The notes beneath the pieces are model-generated. The model saw only the letters and a list, made by a program, of their open reading frames with translations, was not told the origin of the DNA and did no database searches. Positions 1 through 8,014 of a stretch of 30,659 nucleotides of DNA are shown here, piece by piece. The translations under genes and the position numbers were made by a program. Location of the stretch: assembly GCA_049976425.1 (NCBI GenBank), contig JBMFIG010000018.1, positions 1 to 30,659 on the forward strand, read 5' to 3'. Positions within the stretch are counted from its first letter, which is position 1, and each line of letters opens with the position of its first letter. The stretch comes from Thermoproteus sp. GTDB lineage: Archaea; Thermoproteota; Thermoprotei; Thermoproteales; Thermoproteaceae.

Positions 1-389
1 CGGTGGTGCTGGTGCCTTGGGGCGCCGACAATAGAACCAACGCTGTGCTGTCCGCTCTGTACAGCGGCGCTCTTTCGCCTCAACAATATCTAAACGGATA
101 CGTTAACGTCAGCGCCAAGATAAACACGACGGCTATACAACAGGCTAGAAGCTACGCGTTGACCCTCGCCCAGAGCTTGGGATCCTACACGGCCTATCCG
201 GGCATTCCCCAAGTGCCGACGTCGCCGCCTATAATATACGCATATTTAGTATGGAGAGGTTGCGCGTATCCCGTCTACGAACCCTACGAGCCGCTGAGAG
301 ACGCCAACTATTCCGACTGGGCTTACTGGGTCGGCAACGCAATAGTCAACCTCCCCAACCTGGCAGGCCAGCCCGGCTGTACTTGGTAG
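1..389 (+). CDS. Partial (5'-truncated) hypothetical protein, probably secreted or surface-exposed
   Basis: Frame is open from the window edge to TAG at 387-389. N-x-S/T sequons (NRT, NVS, NTT, NYS) and Tyr/Pro/Ala-rich composition. Confidence 0.6.
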   Translation, partial: VVLVPWGADNRTNAVLSALYSGALSPQQYLNGYVNVSAKINTTAIQQARSYALTLAQSLGSYTAYPGIPQVPTSPPIIYAYLVWRGCAYPVYEPYEPLRDANYSDWAYWVGNAIVNLPNLAGQPGCTW

Positions 390-430
390 CCAACAGCACA
401 AAATAAAAATCTCAACATGCCAAATCGGCA

Positions 431-1524
<1,094 letters not shown>

Positions 1525-1543
1525 GTCGATTGGCAAAAATGGC

Positions 1544-1577
1544 AAGCCTCCGCCCTTCAGGGCGGGGAGGAGGCCAG
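1544..1577 (+). mobile_element. Isolated IS200/IS605-family (TnpB-type) right-end hairpin remnant
   Basis: AAGCCTCCGCCCTTCAGGGCGGGGAGGAGGCCAG, containing the hairpin CCGCCC-TTCA-GGGCGG. Resembles the crenarchaeal IS605-group right-end consensus as recalled (CCCCGCCCTTYAGGGCGGGGAGGAGGTCA). No tnpA or tnpB nearby. Confidence 0.65.
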
Positions 1578-1580
1578 CGA

Positions 1581-2876
1581 CTAGGGCTCGAGGCGGTATC
1601 TATCTCTTGGGTAGAGGACGGCCTCTCTCACGTTCTTCAAGCCTAGCAGAGACATCAACAGCCTATTGAACCCCATGCCGAAGCCGGCGTGCGGAGGCAT
1701 GCCCCAGTCGAACACCGACAGATGGCTTTCGAACGCGGCGGGGTCCAGACCCCGCTCGCGCATCTCCCTCTCCAGATCCTCCCGCCTGTGTATACGCGTC
1801 GCGCCGGACACCACCTCTATCCCGTCGAGGATCAGGTCGTACGACTCCGTCTTCTTAGGATCTCCGTCTATTCGTTTCGTGTAAAACGGGCGTAGCGACG
1901 ACGGGAAGTTTATTATGAAATAGAGCGGGCCGTAGAATTTGGTCAAAGCCTTTTGCATCTCCACGGTCAGATCGTCGCCCCACCTCACGTTGTATCCCAG
2001 AGCCCTCAGCCGCTCGACTGCCTCGTCGTAATCCACCCGAGGGATCTTGTCGACCTTCTCCAAGACCGGCCTTATGCCGACCTTCTCAAGCTTGTCGCGC
2101 CTGGAGTTCACCACCGAGGCAATAGACCGCATGATCTCCTCAAGCACGTCCATTATGTCGTTGTAGTCCATGAAGGCGCCCTCGCCGTCTATGGAGATGA
2201 ACTCGTTCAGGTGGTAGTCGGTGTTGTGTTTCTCCGCCCTGTAGGCGGGCGCTATCTCGAAGACCCTCTCCAGCGATGCCGTGAGCTGCTCCTTGTATAG
2301 CTGGGGGCTCTGCGCCAGATAGGCCACCCTTTCGAAGTATAGGACCGTGAACAGCTCGGCGCCTCCCTCGGTGCTCGTCGCTATTATCTTGGGCGTGAAC
2401 ACCTCGACGAACTTATGGCGGTACAGCACCTCGCGAACGGCTTTCAGAATCTCGGACGCCGTCGTGAAGATGGCGAGGTTCTTGGGGCTTTTGAGGTCGG
2501 CGGCGCGGTACTTGAGCCTGGTCGGAAGGTCGGAAGTCCCCTCCCAGAGATCCACCGGCAACGGCTTCGCCTTGGCCAGCACCCACATCTCCTGGGGGAA
2601 TATCTCCACGCCAGATCTAGCTATCTTGCTTGCCTCGACGATGCCTCTAACCACAACGACGTCCTCCTTATTGAGATGCGGTATCTTGGAAAGGAGGTCG
2701 TCGGGCGTCCTCCCGGCCTTGAACGTCAATTGCACGAAACCCTCTCGGTCTCGCAACACCACGAACTTGACCCTCCCCAAATCGCGTATCTCCCACACCC
2801 AACCGGCGACGACGACTTCTCGGCCGTTTAGCTCCGGCGTTATCTCGCTGGTAAAATGCGTCTTGCGGGGGACCAC
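1581..2876 (-). CDS. aspS: Aspartyl-tRNA synthetase (archaeal type)
   Basis: OB-fold GWVWEIRDLG..F..LRDREG, TEGGAELF, LAQSPQLYK, motif 2 YRAE, motif 3 GMPPHAGFGMGFNR. Confidence 0.97.
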   Translation of the reverse strand: MVPRKTHFTSEITPELNGREVVVAGWVWEIRDLGRVKFVVLRDREGFVQLTFKAGRTPDDLLSKIPHLNKEDVVVVRGIVEASKIARSGVEIFPQEMWVLAKAKPLPVDLWEGTSDLPTRLKYRAADLKSPKNLAIFTTASEILKAVREVLYRHKFVEVFTPKIIATSTEGGAELFTVLYFERVAYLAQSPQLYKEQLTASLERVFEIAPAYRAEKHNTDYHLNEFISIDGEGAFMDYNDIMDVLEEIMRSIASVVNSRRDKLEKVGIRPVLEKVDKIPRVDYDEAVERLRALGYNVRWGDDLTVEMQKALTKFYGPLYFIINFPSSLRPFYTKRIDGDPKKTESYDLILDGIEVVSGATRIHRREDLEREMRERGLDPAAFESHLSVFDWGMPPHAGFGMGFNRLLMSLLGLKNVREAVLYPRDRYRLEP

Positions 2877-2920
2877 GGAGGTTGAGACTCCACCATATAT
2901 TAGCCTTTCCGTCTTGTACG

Positions 2921-3010
2921 AACAAATTTTATTTAAATTAATTAGATTTTAAAATATTATTATATATTATATTTTAATTTCTTTCTCTTTAATAACATCT
3001 ATTTTTATAG
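2921..3010. other. Extreme AT-rich island spanning the aspS upstream region and the NusA-like 3' end
   Basis: Hand count: 8 G/C in 90 nt (~9% GC) against a ~60% background. Confidence 0.85.
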
Positions 3011-3485
3011 TAGATCCAACGATTCTGTTCAATATTTCTTGGAGCTTTTCGGGTCGCACGGGCAGTCGTCTGATCTCTCTGGAGGGTATCTTGACAACGG
3101 TCTCGCTGGTGCCGTCAGGCAACCAAGACGTCGAGATCGTGAGCAACCTAGCGGGAGACACCAACTGGGCTATTATCTCGTTGGCGCTTCCCTTCTCCAC
3201 TATCTTAGCGTTCTTCCCCAAAGCGGCTGTGAGGTCCTTCTCCAACTGCATCTGCGCGCCTTTCGGCAACTTCTTAAAGCCTCTGAGCACGACGACTATA
3301 AAGGCATCGGTTTCATACGCCTTTACATATTCCACGTCGTTGAGATTATACTTCTTCTCTAGTTTCATCAAGGCGTCGACGACGTCTACATCTAGCCAGC
3401 TGTACTCGCCGCTATCTATCAGACCTTGGCACTTGGCGCACAGCACCCTGGTCCTGATACAGAAGTCGCAAAACGGCTTCTTCAT
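2967..3485 (-). CDS. NusA-like KH-domain protein with N-terminal Zn finger
   Basis: CDFC...CAKC N-terminus followed by a KH-like region (LEKDLTAALGKNAKIVEK, LVSPARLL, WLPDG). ATG at 3485; in-frame TTG at 3488. Confidence 0.75.
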   Translation of the reverse strand: MKKPFCDFCIRTRVLCAKCQGLIDSGEYSWLDVDVVDALMKLEKKYNLNDVEYVKAYETDAFIVVVLRGFKKLPKGAQMQLEKDLTAALGKNAKIVEKGSANEIIAQLVSPARLLTISTSWLPDGTSETVVKIPSREIRRLPVRPEKLQEILNRIVGSTIKIDVIKEKEIKI

Positions 3486-3529
3486 CAAGCGTTGGATTCG
3501 TTATGATATTTAAATTTCTTAAAACGCCG

Positions 3530-3907
3530 TTATTGAGATGCTGGTTTCTTCCTCCTTTCGATGACCTCTTGGCGTCTCTTATCCGAAGTATCGATGTTTG
3601 TTATCATCACTTTACTTGGATGTATGGGATAGTATATGGTCTCGCCTCTGCTGTTTGTCCTAGTCGCATTCTCTACATATATACGGACTCTTCGGAGATC
3701 CACCCTAACGACCTTGCCGCTGACTCCTCTAAAATCCCCCCGCATTATCACGACGGTATCTCCTACCCTTACGGGAAGCCGAGCCACGCCTAGCTTTCTC
3801 CTGAGATCGGGAGCTAGCTTGGCGGTGAGGAGCTTCCGCCTTATATGAAGCGGGGCCTCCGCCAGAGCCTTCCTCTGCTTCCTCGGCTGGCTACTAGCAG
3901 TGGGCAT
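3530..3907 (-). CDS. rpl24p: 50S ribosomal protein L24 (uL24)
   Basis: [18 protein letters not shown] motif [27 protein letters not shown]. Start moved to ATG 3907 (MPTASS). Confidence 0.95.
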   Translation of the reverse strand: MPTASSQPRKQRKALAEAPLHIRRKLLTAKLAPDLRRKLGVARLPVRVGDTVVIMRGDFRGVSGKVVRVDLRRVRIYVENATRTNSRGETIYYPIHPSKVMITNIDTSDKRRQEVIERRKKPASQ

Positions 3908-3994
3908 CGGCCCACTCCTATCAACGCTATTTATATACTTTAAGATCGGCGAAGACCGCGCCATCGGTTTCGTCGCGTTGACCGAAGCCCGCTT

Positions 3995-4153
3995 CTATCG
4001 AGACGTTGCTGAGGCCCTTAGCCGCTCCTCGGCGCTCTTCATGCCGCCTAACGTGTCCTCCAGAGACTTGGCGATGATCTTGATGTTTTCTATGGCGGAG
4101 TTGAGTCTCCGCGGCAACTCGTCCAAGAGCTTTCGCGTCTGTTCGGTATCCAC
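3995..4153 (-). CDS. Small hypothetical coiled-coil protein (52 aa)
   Basis: GTG at 4153 gives MDTEQTRKLLDELPRRLNSAIENIKIIAKSLEDTLGGMKSAEERLRASATSR. Amphipathic helical pattern, fills an otherwise empty gap, AT-rich upstream region. Confidence 0.5.
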   Translation of the reverse strand: MDTEQTRKLLDELPRRLNSAIENIKIIAKSLEDTLGGMKSAEERLRASATSR

Positions 4154-4183
4154 GAGAATTTTTATGGGAAATAAATTGATGAC

Positions 4184-5458
4184 GTGCGCGTCAAGTTCCT
4201 GGGAGGCGCTGGGGAGGTGGGGAGAGCCGCCGTGTTGATCAAGACAGCCACGGGCTCTGTGTTGTTCGACTACGGCGTAAACTTCGACCCGCAGGGGAGG
4301 CCTATCTTCCCCGAGCACGTGAGGCCTAAAGACCTCATCGCCGTCGTGTTGAGCCACGCGCATCTGGATCACAGCGGCGCGTTGCCGTCGCTCTACGTCT
4401 CCGTGAAAATACCCATCTACGCGACTCCGCTCACCATGGAGCTCAGCGACGTGATGTACACGGATATGATAAAGCTATCGGGCTACTATCTGCCGTATAC
4501 TCACGAAGAGGTCAAGGCGACTATGGAGAGCGCTATCCCGTTAACCTACGGCGAGCCCGTCGAGCTGGCCCCTGACGTGACGCTCACGGTTTACAACGCA
4601 GGCCACGTCCCCGGTAGCGCCATCTCGGTGCTCGATGCTGAGGGCAAAACCGTGGTGTTCACCGGCGACTTCAACCTAAGGGACACGGCGCTTTTAAAAG
4701 GCGCGGACGTCTACAATCTGCCCCGCGAGCCGGACGTAGTCGTTATGGAGGCCACCTACGCCGCCGCCGACCATCCCCCTCGACAAGACCTCGAGCGGGA
4801 TTTTGTCAACACCGTGAGGGAGGTGGTCGAGGGGGGCGGCACCGTCTTGATACCGTCGTTCGCGTTGGGGCGCGCGCAAGAGATCCTCCTAACTCTTGTG
4901 AAACACGAGGTAGGCCCTATATACGTCGACGGGCTGGCCAGACAGGTAAACACAATAGTGGGCAAGTATCCGCATCTCCTCAACGACTACGACCTATACA
5001 GAAAGGCGTTGGAAGTTGCGGTGGAGATCCCGAGCGCCTATGTCAGGAAGAGGGCTGTGGGCCAGGAGCCCTCGATAATCATATCGCCGGCTGGCATGTT
5101 GAAGGGAGGGGCGTCTCTCTACTACTTCAAGAAGCTGGCCGGCGATTCGAGGAACGCCATAATACTGCCCTCTTTCCAGGCCCCCGATACGCCGGGCTTC
5201 GAGGTGCTCTCCAAGGGCGAGGCCTTCGTGGACGGCACCGCTATAAAGGTAAAGGCTAGGGTAGAGTGGTTCGACTTCTCGGCGCATTCCGGCAGGTCAG
5301 AACTAGTGGAATTCGTAGAGCGCTTCGGCGCGCAATCTAGAATCGTGTTGTTCCACACTGAGCCGTCATCAGCCCTCCAGTTCGCCAAATGGATGCAGGC
5401 GAGGGGGAGGGACAACATATACGTGCCCCTCGCCGCTGGCGAGGAGCTGGAGCTCTAG
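4184..5458 (+). CDS. Metallo-beta-lactamase/beta-CASP ribonuclease (aCPSF2-like)
   Basis: LGGAGEVGR, SHAHLDHSG, AGHVPGS, FTGD, IPSFALGRAQE, AGMLKGG, FSAHSG. No N-terminal KH domains. Confidence 0.93.
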   Translation: MRVKFLGGAGEVGRAAVLIKTATGSVLFDYGVNFDPQGRPIFPEHVRPKDLIAVVLSHAHLDHSGALPSLYVSVKIPIYATPLTMELSDVMYTDMIKLSGYYLPYTHEEVKATMESAIPLTYGEPVELAPDVTLTVYNAGHVPGSAISVLDAEGKTVVFTGDFNLRDTALLKGADVYNLPREPDVVVMEATYAAADHPPRQDLERDFVNTVREVVEGGGTVLIPSFALGRAQEILLTLVKHEVGPIYVDGLARQVNTIVGKYPHLLNDYDLYRKALEVAVEIPSAYVRKRAVGQEPSIIISPAGMLKGGASLYYFKKLAGDSRNAIILPSFQAPDTPGFEVLSKGEAFVDGTAIKVKARVEWFDFSAHSGRSELVEFVERFGAQSRIVLFHTEPSSALQFAKWMQARGRDNIYVPLAAGEELEL

Positions 5459-5483
5459 GAGTTTTTAAGCAGAACGCCAATAC

Positions 5484-5651
5484 GTGAAGATACGTATATG
5501 GATAAAGAGGAAGTGCGACGAGTTCGGCCTCTGCGAATACGTCGAGGTGCCGCTAGCCCGCGCCGTGCGCATCGCCGACAAGATTAGGCTGGAGGACGTG
5601 TATATTATAATCGACGACGTGGATCCGCGGCTATTTGAGGATTTAACCTAG
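5484..5651 (+). CDS. Small hypothetical protein (55 aa), not in the ORF track
   Basis: GTG 5484 to TAG 5651: MKIRIWIKRKCDEFGLCEYVEVPLARAVRIADKIRLEDVYIIIDDVDPRLFEDLT. TTTTTAAG at 5462-5469, host-like codons, 8 nt before the next ORF. Confidence 0.7.
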   Translation: MKIRIWIKRKCDEFGLCEYVEVPLARAVRIADKIRLEDVYIIIDDVDPRLFEDLT

Positions 5652-5659
5652 ATAGATAC

Positions 5660-5998
5660 ATGTGCGAGCTCTACTGGGAGCTCGTAGAGAGGGGGATAGA
5701 GGTCTTGGGCGGGCCCGCCGGCTGGGCCAAGGCGTTCGATTGCGGCCTAGACCTAGAGTGCGATTGCGACGTGGTGATCGCTGAGTCGGATATGTGGAAG
5801 GTTCCCTTCTCCCGTTGCATCTGGACCATAGACGAAGTCGGCTTCTCGCATAGGCGCGTCTGGATAGGCGGGATTCCGCACATATCGCTGGACGATCTGC
5901 CGAAGGTTAAAAGCCCTTATACCCAAGCCGTCCTCGACTGTATTAGGGATGCGCTTCGTAGACGCGCAGACGGCGGCCGTCCTCGGCAGGTAGTATAA
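5660..5998 (+). CDS. Hypothetical protein, possible minimal nucleotidyltransferase fold
   Basis: EVLGGPA...ECDCDVVI and VWIGGIPHISLDDL..VK resemble the hGGxA, DxDhhh and GhPhxSxxDL motifs of AbiEii-like NTases. Cys-rich. Confidence 0.6.
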   Translation: MCELYWELVERGIEVLGGPAGWAKAFDCGLDLECDCDVVIAESDMWKVPFSRCIWTIDEVGFSHRRVWIGGIPHISLDDLPKVKSPYTQAVLDCIRDALRRRADGGRPRQVV

Positions 5999-6455
5999 AG
6001 GTGACCTTGTAGACGTCGCCGAAATATATCCCGGCCAGATCCTCGCCTAGATGGAACTCGCCGTCTATCCCATGTACTGCGCACTTCTCGCAGTTAGATC
6101 TCGCATATTCTATCAAGTCTCTGAAGGCCTTCAACAAATCCTTGGGCCCTCCTCTGATCACGAACAAGACTGTGCCGTGGTCGCCGTGGAAGTGAGGGTG
6201 GGCGTCGGCCTTATACGTCTTAACGGCGTAGTCCATAAGATCGCCCACCTCCCGCGCAAACTCCTGATCGCTAGGCAAAAGTCCGTGGACGTGCTCCTCC
6301 TCGCCGGCGTGCTCCTCGCCCTCGTCCTCCACGGCGGCGACAAGCGTGAAGTTCAAAAGGAGCTCGAGCTGGTCGGTAGCGGCGATTCTGACTAGGTCGT
6401 TCTCTATCTTCTTCCATTCCTCAAGCCCTAATTTGAGCTTGCCAATACCCTGCAC
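5943..6455 (-). CDS. His/acidic-rich hypothetical protein, possible metal-binding ACT/NikR-C-like fold
   Basis: EEHAGEEEHVH, AHPHFHGDHGTVLFVIRG, CEKC..H. TATA-like TTTTTAAA at ~6476-6483, about 21 nt upstream of the GTG. Confidence 0.7.
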   Translation of the reverse strand: MQGIGKLKLGLEEWKKIENDLVRIAATDQLELLLNFTLVAAVEDEGEEHAGEEEHVHGLLPSDQEFAREVGDLMDYAVKTYKADAHPHFHGDHGTVLFVIRGGPKDLLKAFRDLIEYARSNCEKCAVHGIDGEFHLGEDLAGIYFGDVYKVTFILPAEDGRRLRVYEAHP

Positions 6456-6617
6456 ACGAGCTCTTGTTCACCCCTTTAAAAAGTTATAATACGGAGAGGC
6501 AATTCGGTTATCTGATGCAGGAAGGCGAATGGACGACATGAGGCGAGCCTCGGAATAGGAATCATAGGGAAAGCTCATCGCGATCTAGCCGCCTCCAAAT
6601 CACTTAATACCAGCTCT

Positions 6618-7985
6618 CTACTCGACTTTCGGCCGCTCCCTATACAGCCTCAACACCTTCTCGAGCACCTCCGACGGCGTCTCGCCGAGTACGGCTATCA
6701 TAGGCTCCTTGCCCCAGTCGCCTAAGTCCACTATTATGTCGGGCACGCCGCCCGTTTGCCTAACGGCCTCCTCGACGATCCACTGCATGGATCCGCCCTC
6801 CCGCTCCTTAACCTCCTTAGGCTCGTTGCGTCTATCGATCACGGCTATTTTATAGCCCGCGGCCTTAGCCCTCTGGAGGAGGTCGTCGTCCAGCTTGAAG
6901 TTAGCCGCGGCCCGTATACGTTGGTCGTGTCTAAGCGCCGCCAAGATCTTCCTCGCCACGTGGTCGCTCGCGCCGAAGGTGGGCGGGCCCGACGGCTTGG
7001 CCTTGCCCATATACCTCACGATCCTGCCCGGCACGGCCGCCACGTCCTCTCTGCCTCTTGCGTATCGGGGATCTACGGCGTAGCCCAAGTTGCTCTGCAC
7101 CTCGGGTATCAACGACCCGAAGAGCTCCGCGTTGTCCTCCACTATCTTCAACGCCCTCGACATCTCCTCGTATACGCGCCACCTCTCGGCGGGTATCTCG
7201 ACCCACGCCGTCGGGTTAACCGGCCAGTGGCCTCTGCCCTTAGGCACTCCGTACTTTATAGCGACATATATCAACTCCTTTGCGGTCTTTATGGCCTCTA
7301 AAGGCTCCTGTCCCTTGGCGAGCCCCGCGGCTATCGCCGCGGAGAACGAACACCCCGTGCCGTGGGTCGCGCGGGGGTCGAGCCGGGGCGTCTTGAGCTC
7401 GTGGAACGTTCCGCCTATATAGACCACGTCGACAGCGTCCTGGACGTCTAGGTGGCCGCCCTTAACTATCACGATCTCGCTACCCAGCTCCTTGTGTATA
7501 AGCTCGGCGGCCTTCTTCGCGTCGTCGAGCCCCGATATCTTAATCCCGGCGAGCCGCTCCGCCTCGTACCTATTGGGCGTTACGACCTTGGCTATCGGCA
7601 GAAGTCTTTTGGCGAGGGCCTCCATGGCGTCCTCGGCTATCAACGGCGCGCCGGACTTCGCAACCATGACCGGGTCGACGACGAGCTGGAAACCGAGCTT
7701 CCCCACAGTCGAGGCGACCTCCTCTATGATCTCCTTTGTGCCCAACATGCCCGTCTTGCCCGCATCGATCCCCATATCGTCCCACACAGCCATGATCTGG
7801 GCCCTCACCATATCGCGCGGCATGCACTGCACAGCCCTCACCTCGTAGGTGTTCTGGGCAGTCACGCAGGTAAGCGCGGTGGTCCCGTGAACTCCGAGAG
7901 CGGCGAAGGTCTTAATGTCTGCGTGTATGCCCGCGCCGCCGCCAGAGTCGAGACCGGCTATGGTTATGGCCGTCCTCCACGACAT
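6618..7985 (-). CDS. thiDN: Bifunctional HMP/HMP-P kinase and thiamine-phosphate synthase (ThiD-ThiN fusion)
   Basis: TIAGLDSGGGAGIHADIKTF, VVDPVMVAKSG, VTPN..EA, HGTGC; C-terminal ThiN LIPEVQSNL, GASDHVAR, GKEPMI. Confidence 0.95.
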   Translation of the reverse strand: MSWRTAITIAGLDSGGGAGIHADIKTFAALGVHGTTALTCVTAQNTYEVRAVQCMPRDMVRAQIMAVWDDMGIDAGKTGMLGTKEIIEEVASTVGKLGFQLVVDPVMVAKSGAPLIAEDAMEALAKRLLPIAKVVTPNRYEAERLAGIKISGLDDAKKAAELIHKELGSEIVIVKGGHLDVQDAVDVVYIGGTFHELKTPRLDPRATHGTGCSFSAAIAAGLAKGQEPLEAIKTAKELIYVAIKYGVPKGRGHWPVNPTAWVEIPAERWRVYEEMSRALKIVEDNAELFGSLIPEVQSNLGYAVDPRYARGREDVAAVPGRIVRYMGKAKPSGPPTFGASDHVARKILAALRHDQRIRAAANFKLDDDLLQRAKAAGYKIAVIDRRNEPKEVKEREGGSMQWIVEEAVRQTGGVPDIIVDLGDWGKEPMIAVLGETPSEVLEKVLRLYRERPKVE

Positions 7986-8006
7986 AAATTCCTTTTTGGA
8001 CCTAGA

Positions 8007-8014
8007 CTTAAAAA
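8007..8014 (-). promoter_or_regulatory. TATA box for thiDN
   Basis: Minus-strand TTTTTAAG about 22 nt upstream of ATG 7985, overlapping the radical SAM stop codon. Confidence 0.55.

Noticed and set aside
2921-3010. Firm call as a replication origin
   Set aside because: No recognisable ORB repeats and no cdc6/whiP gene in the window; AT richness alone is insufficient.
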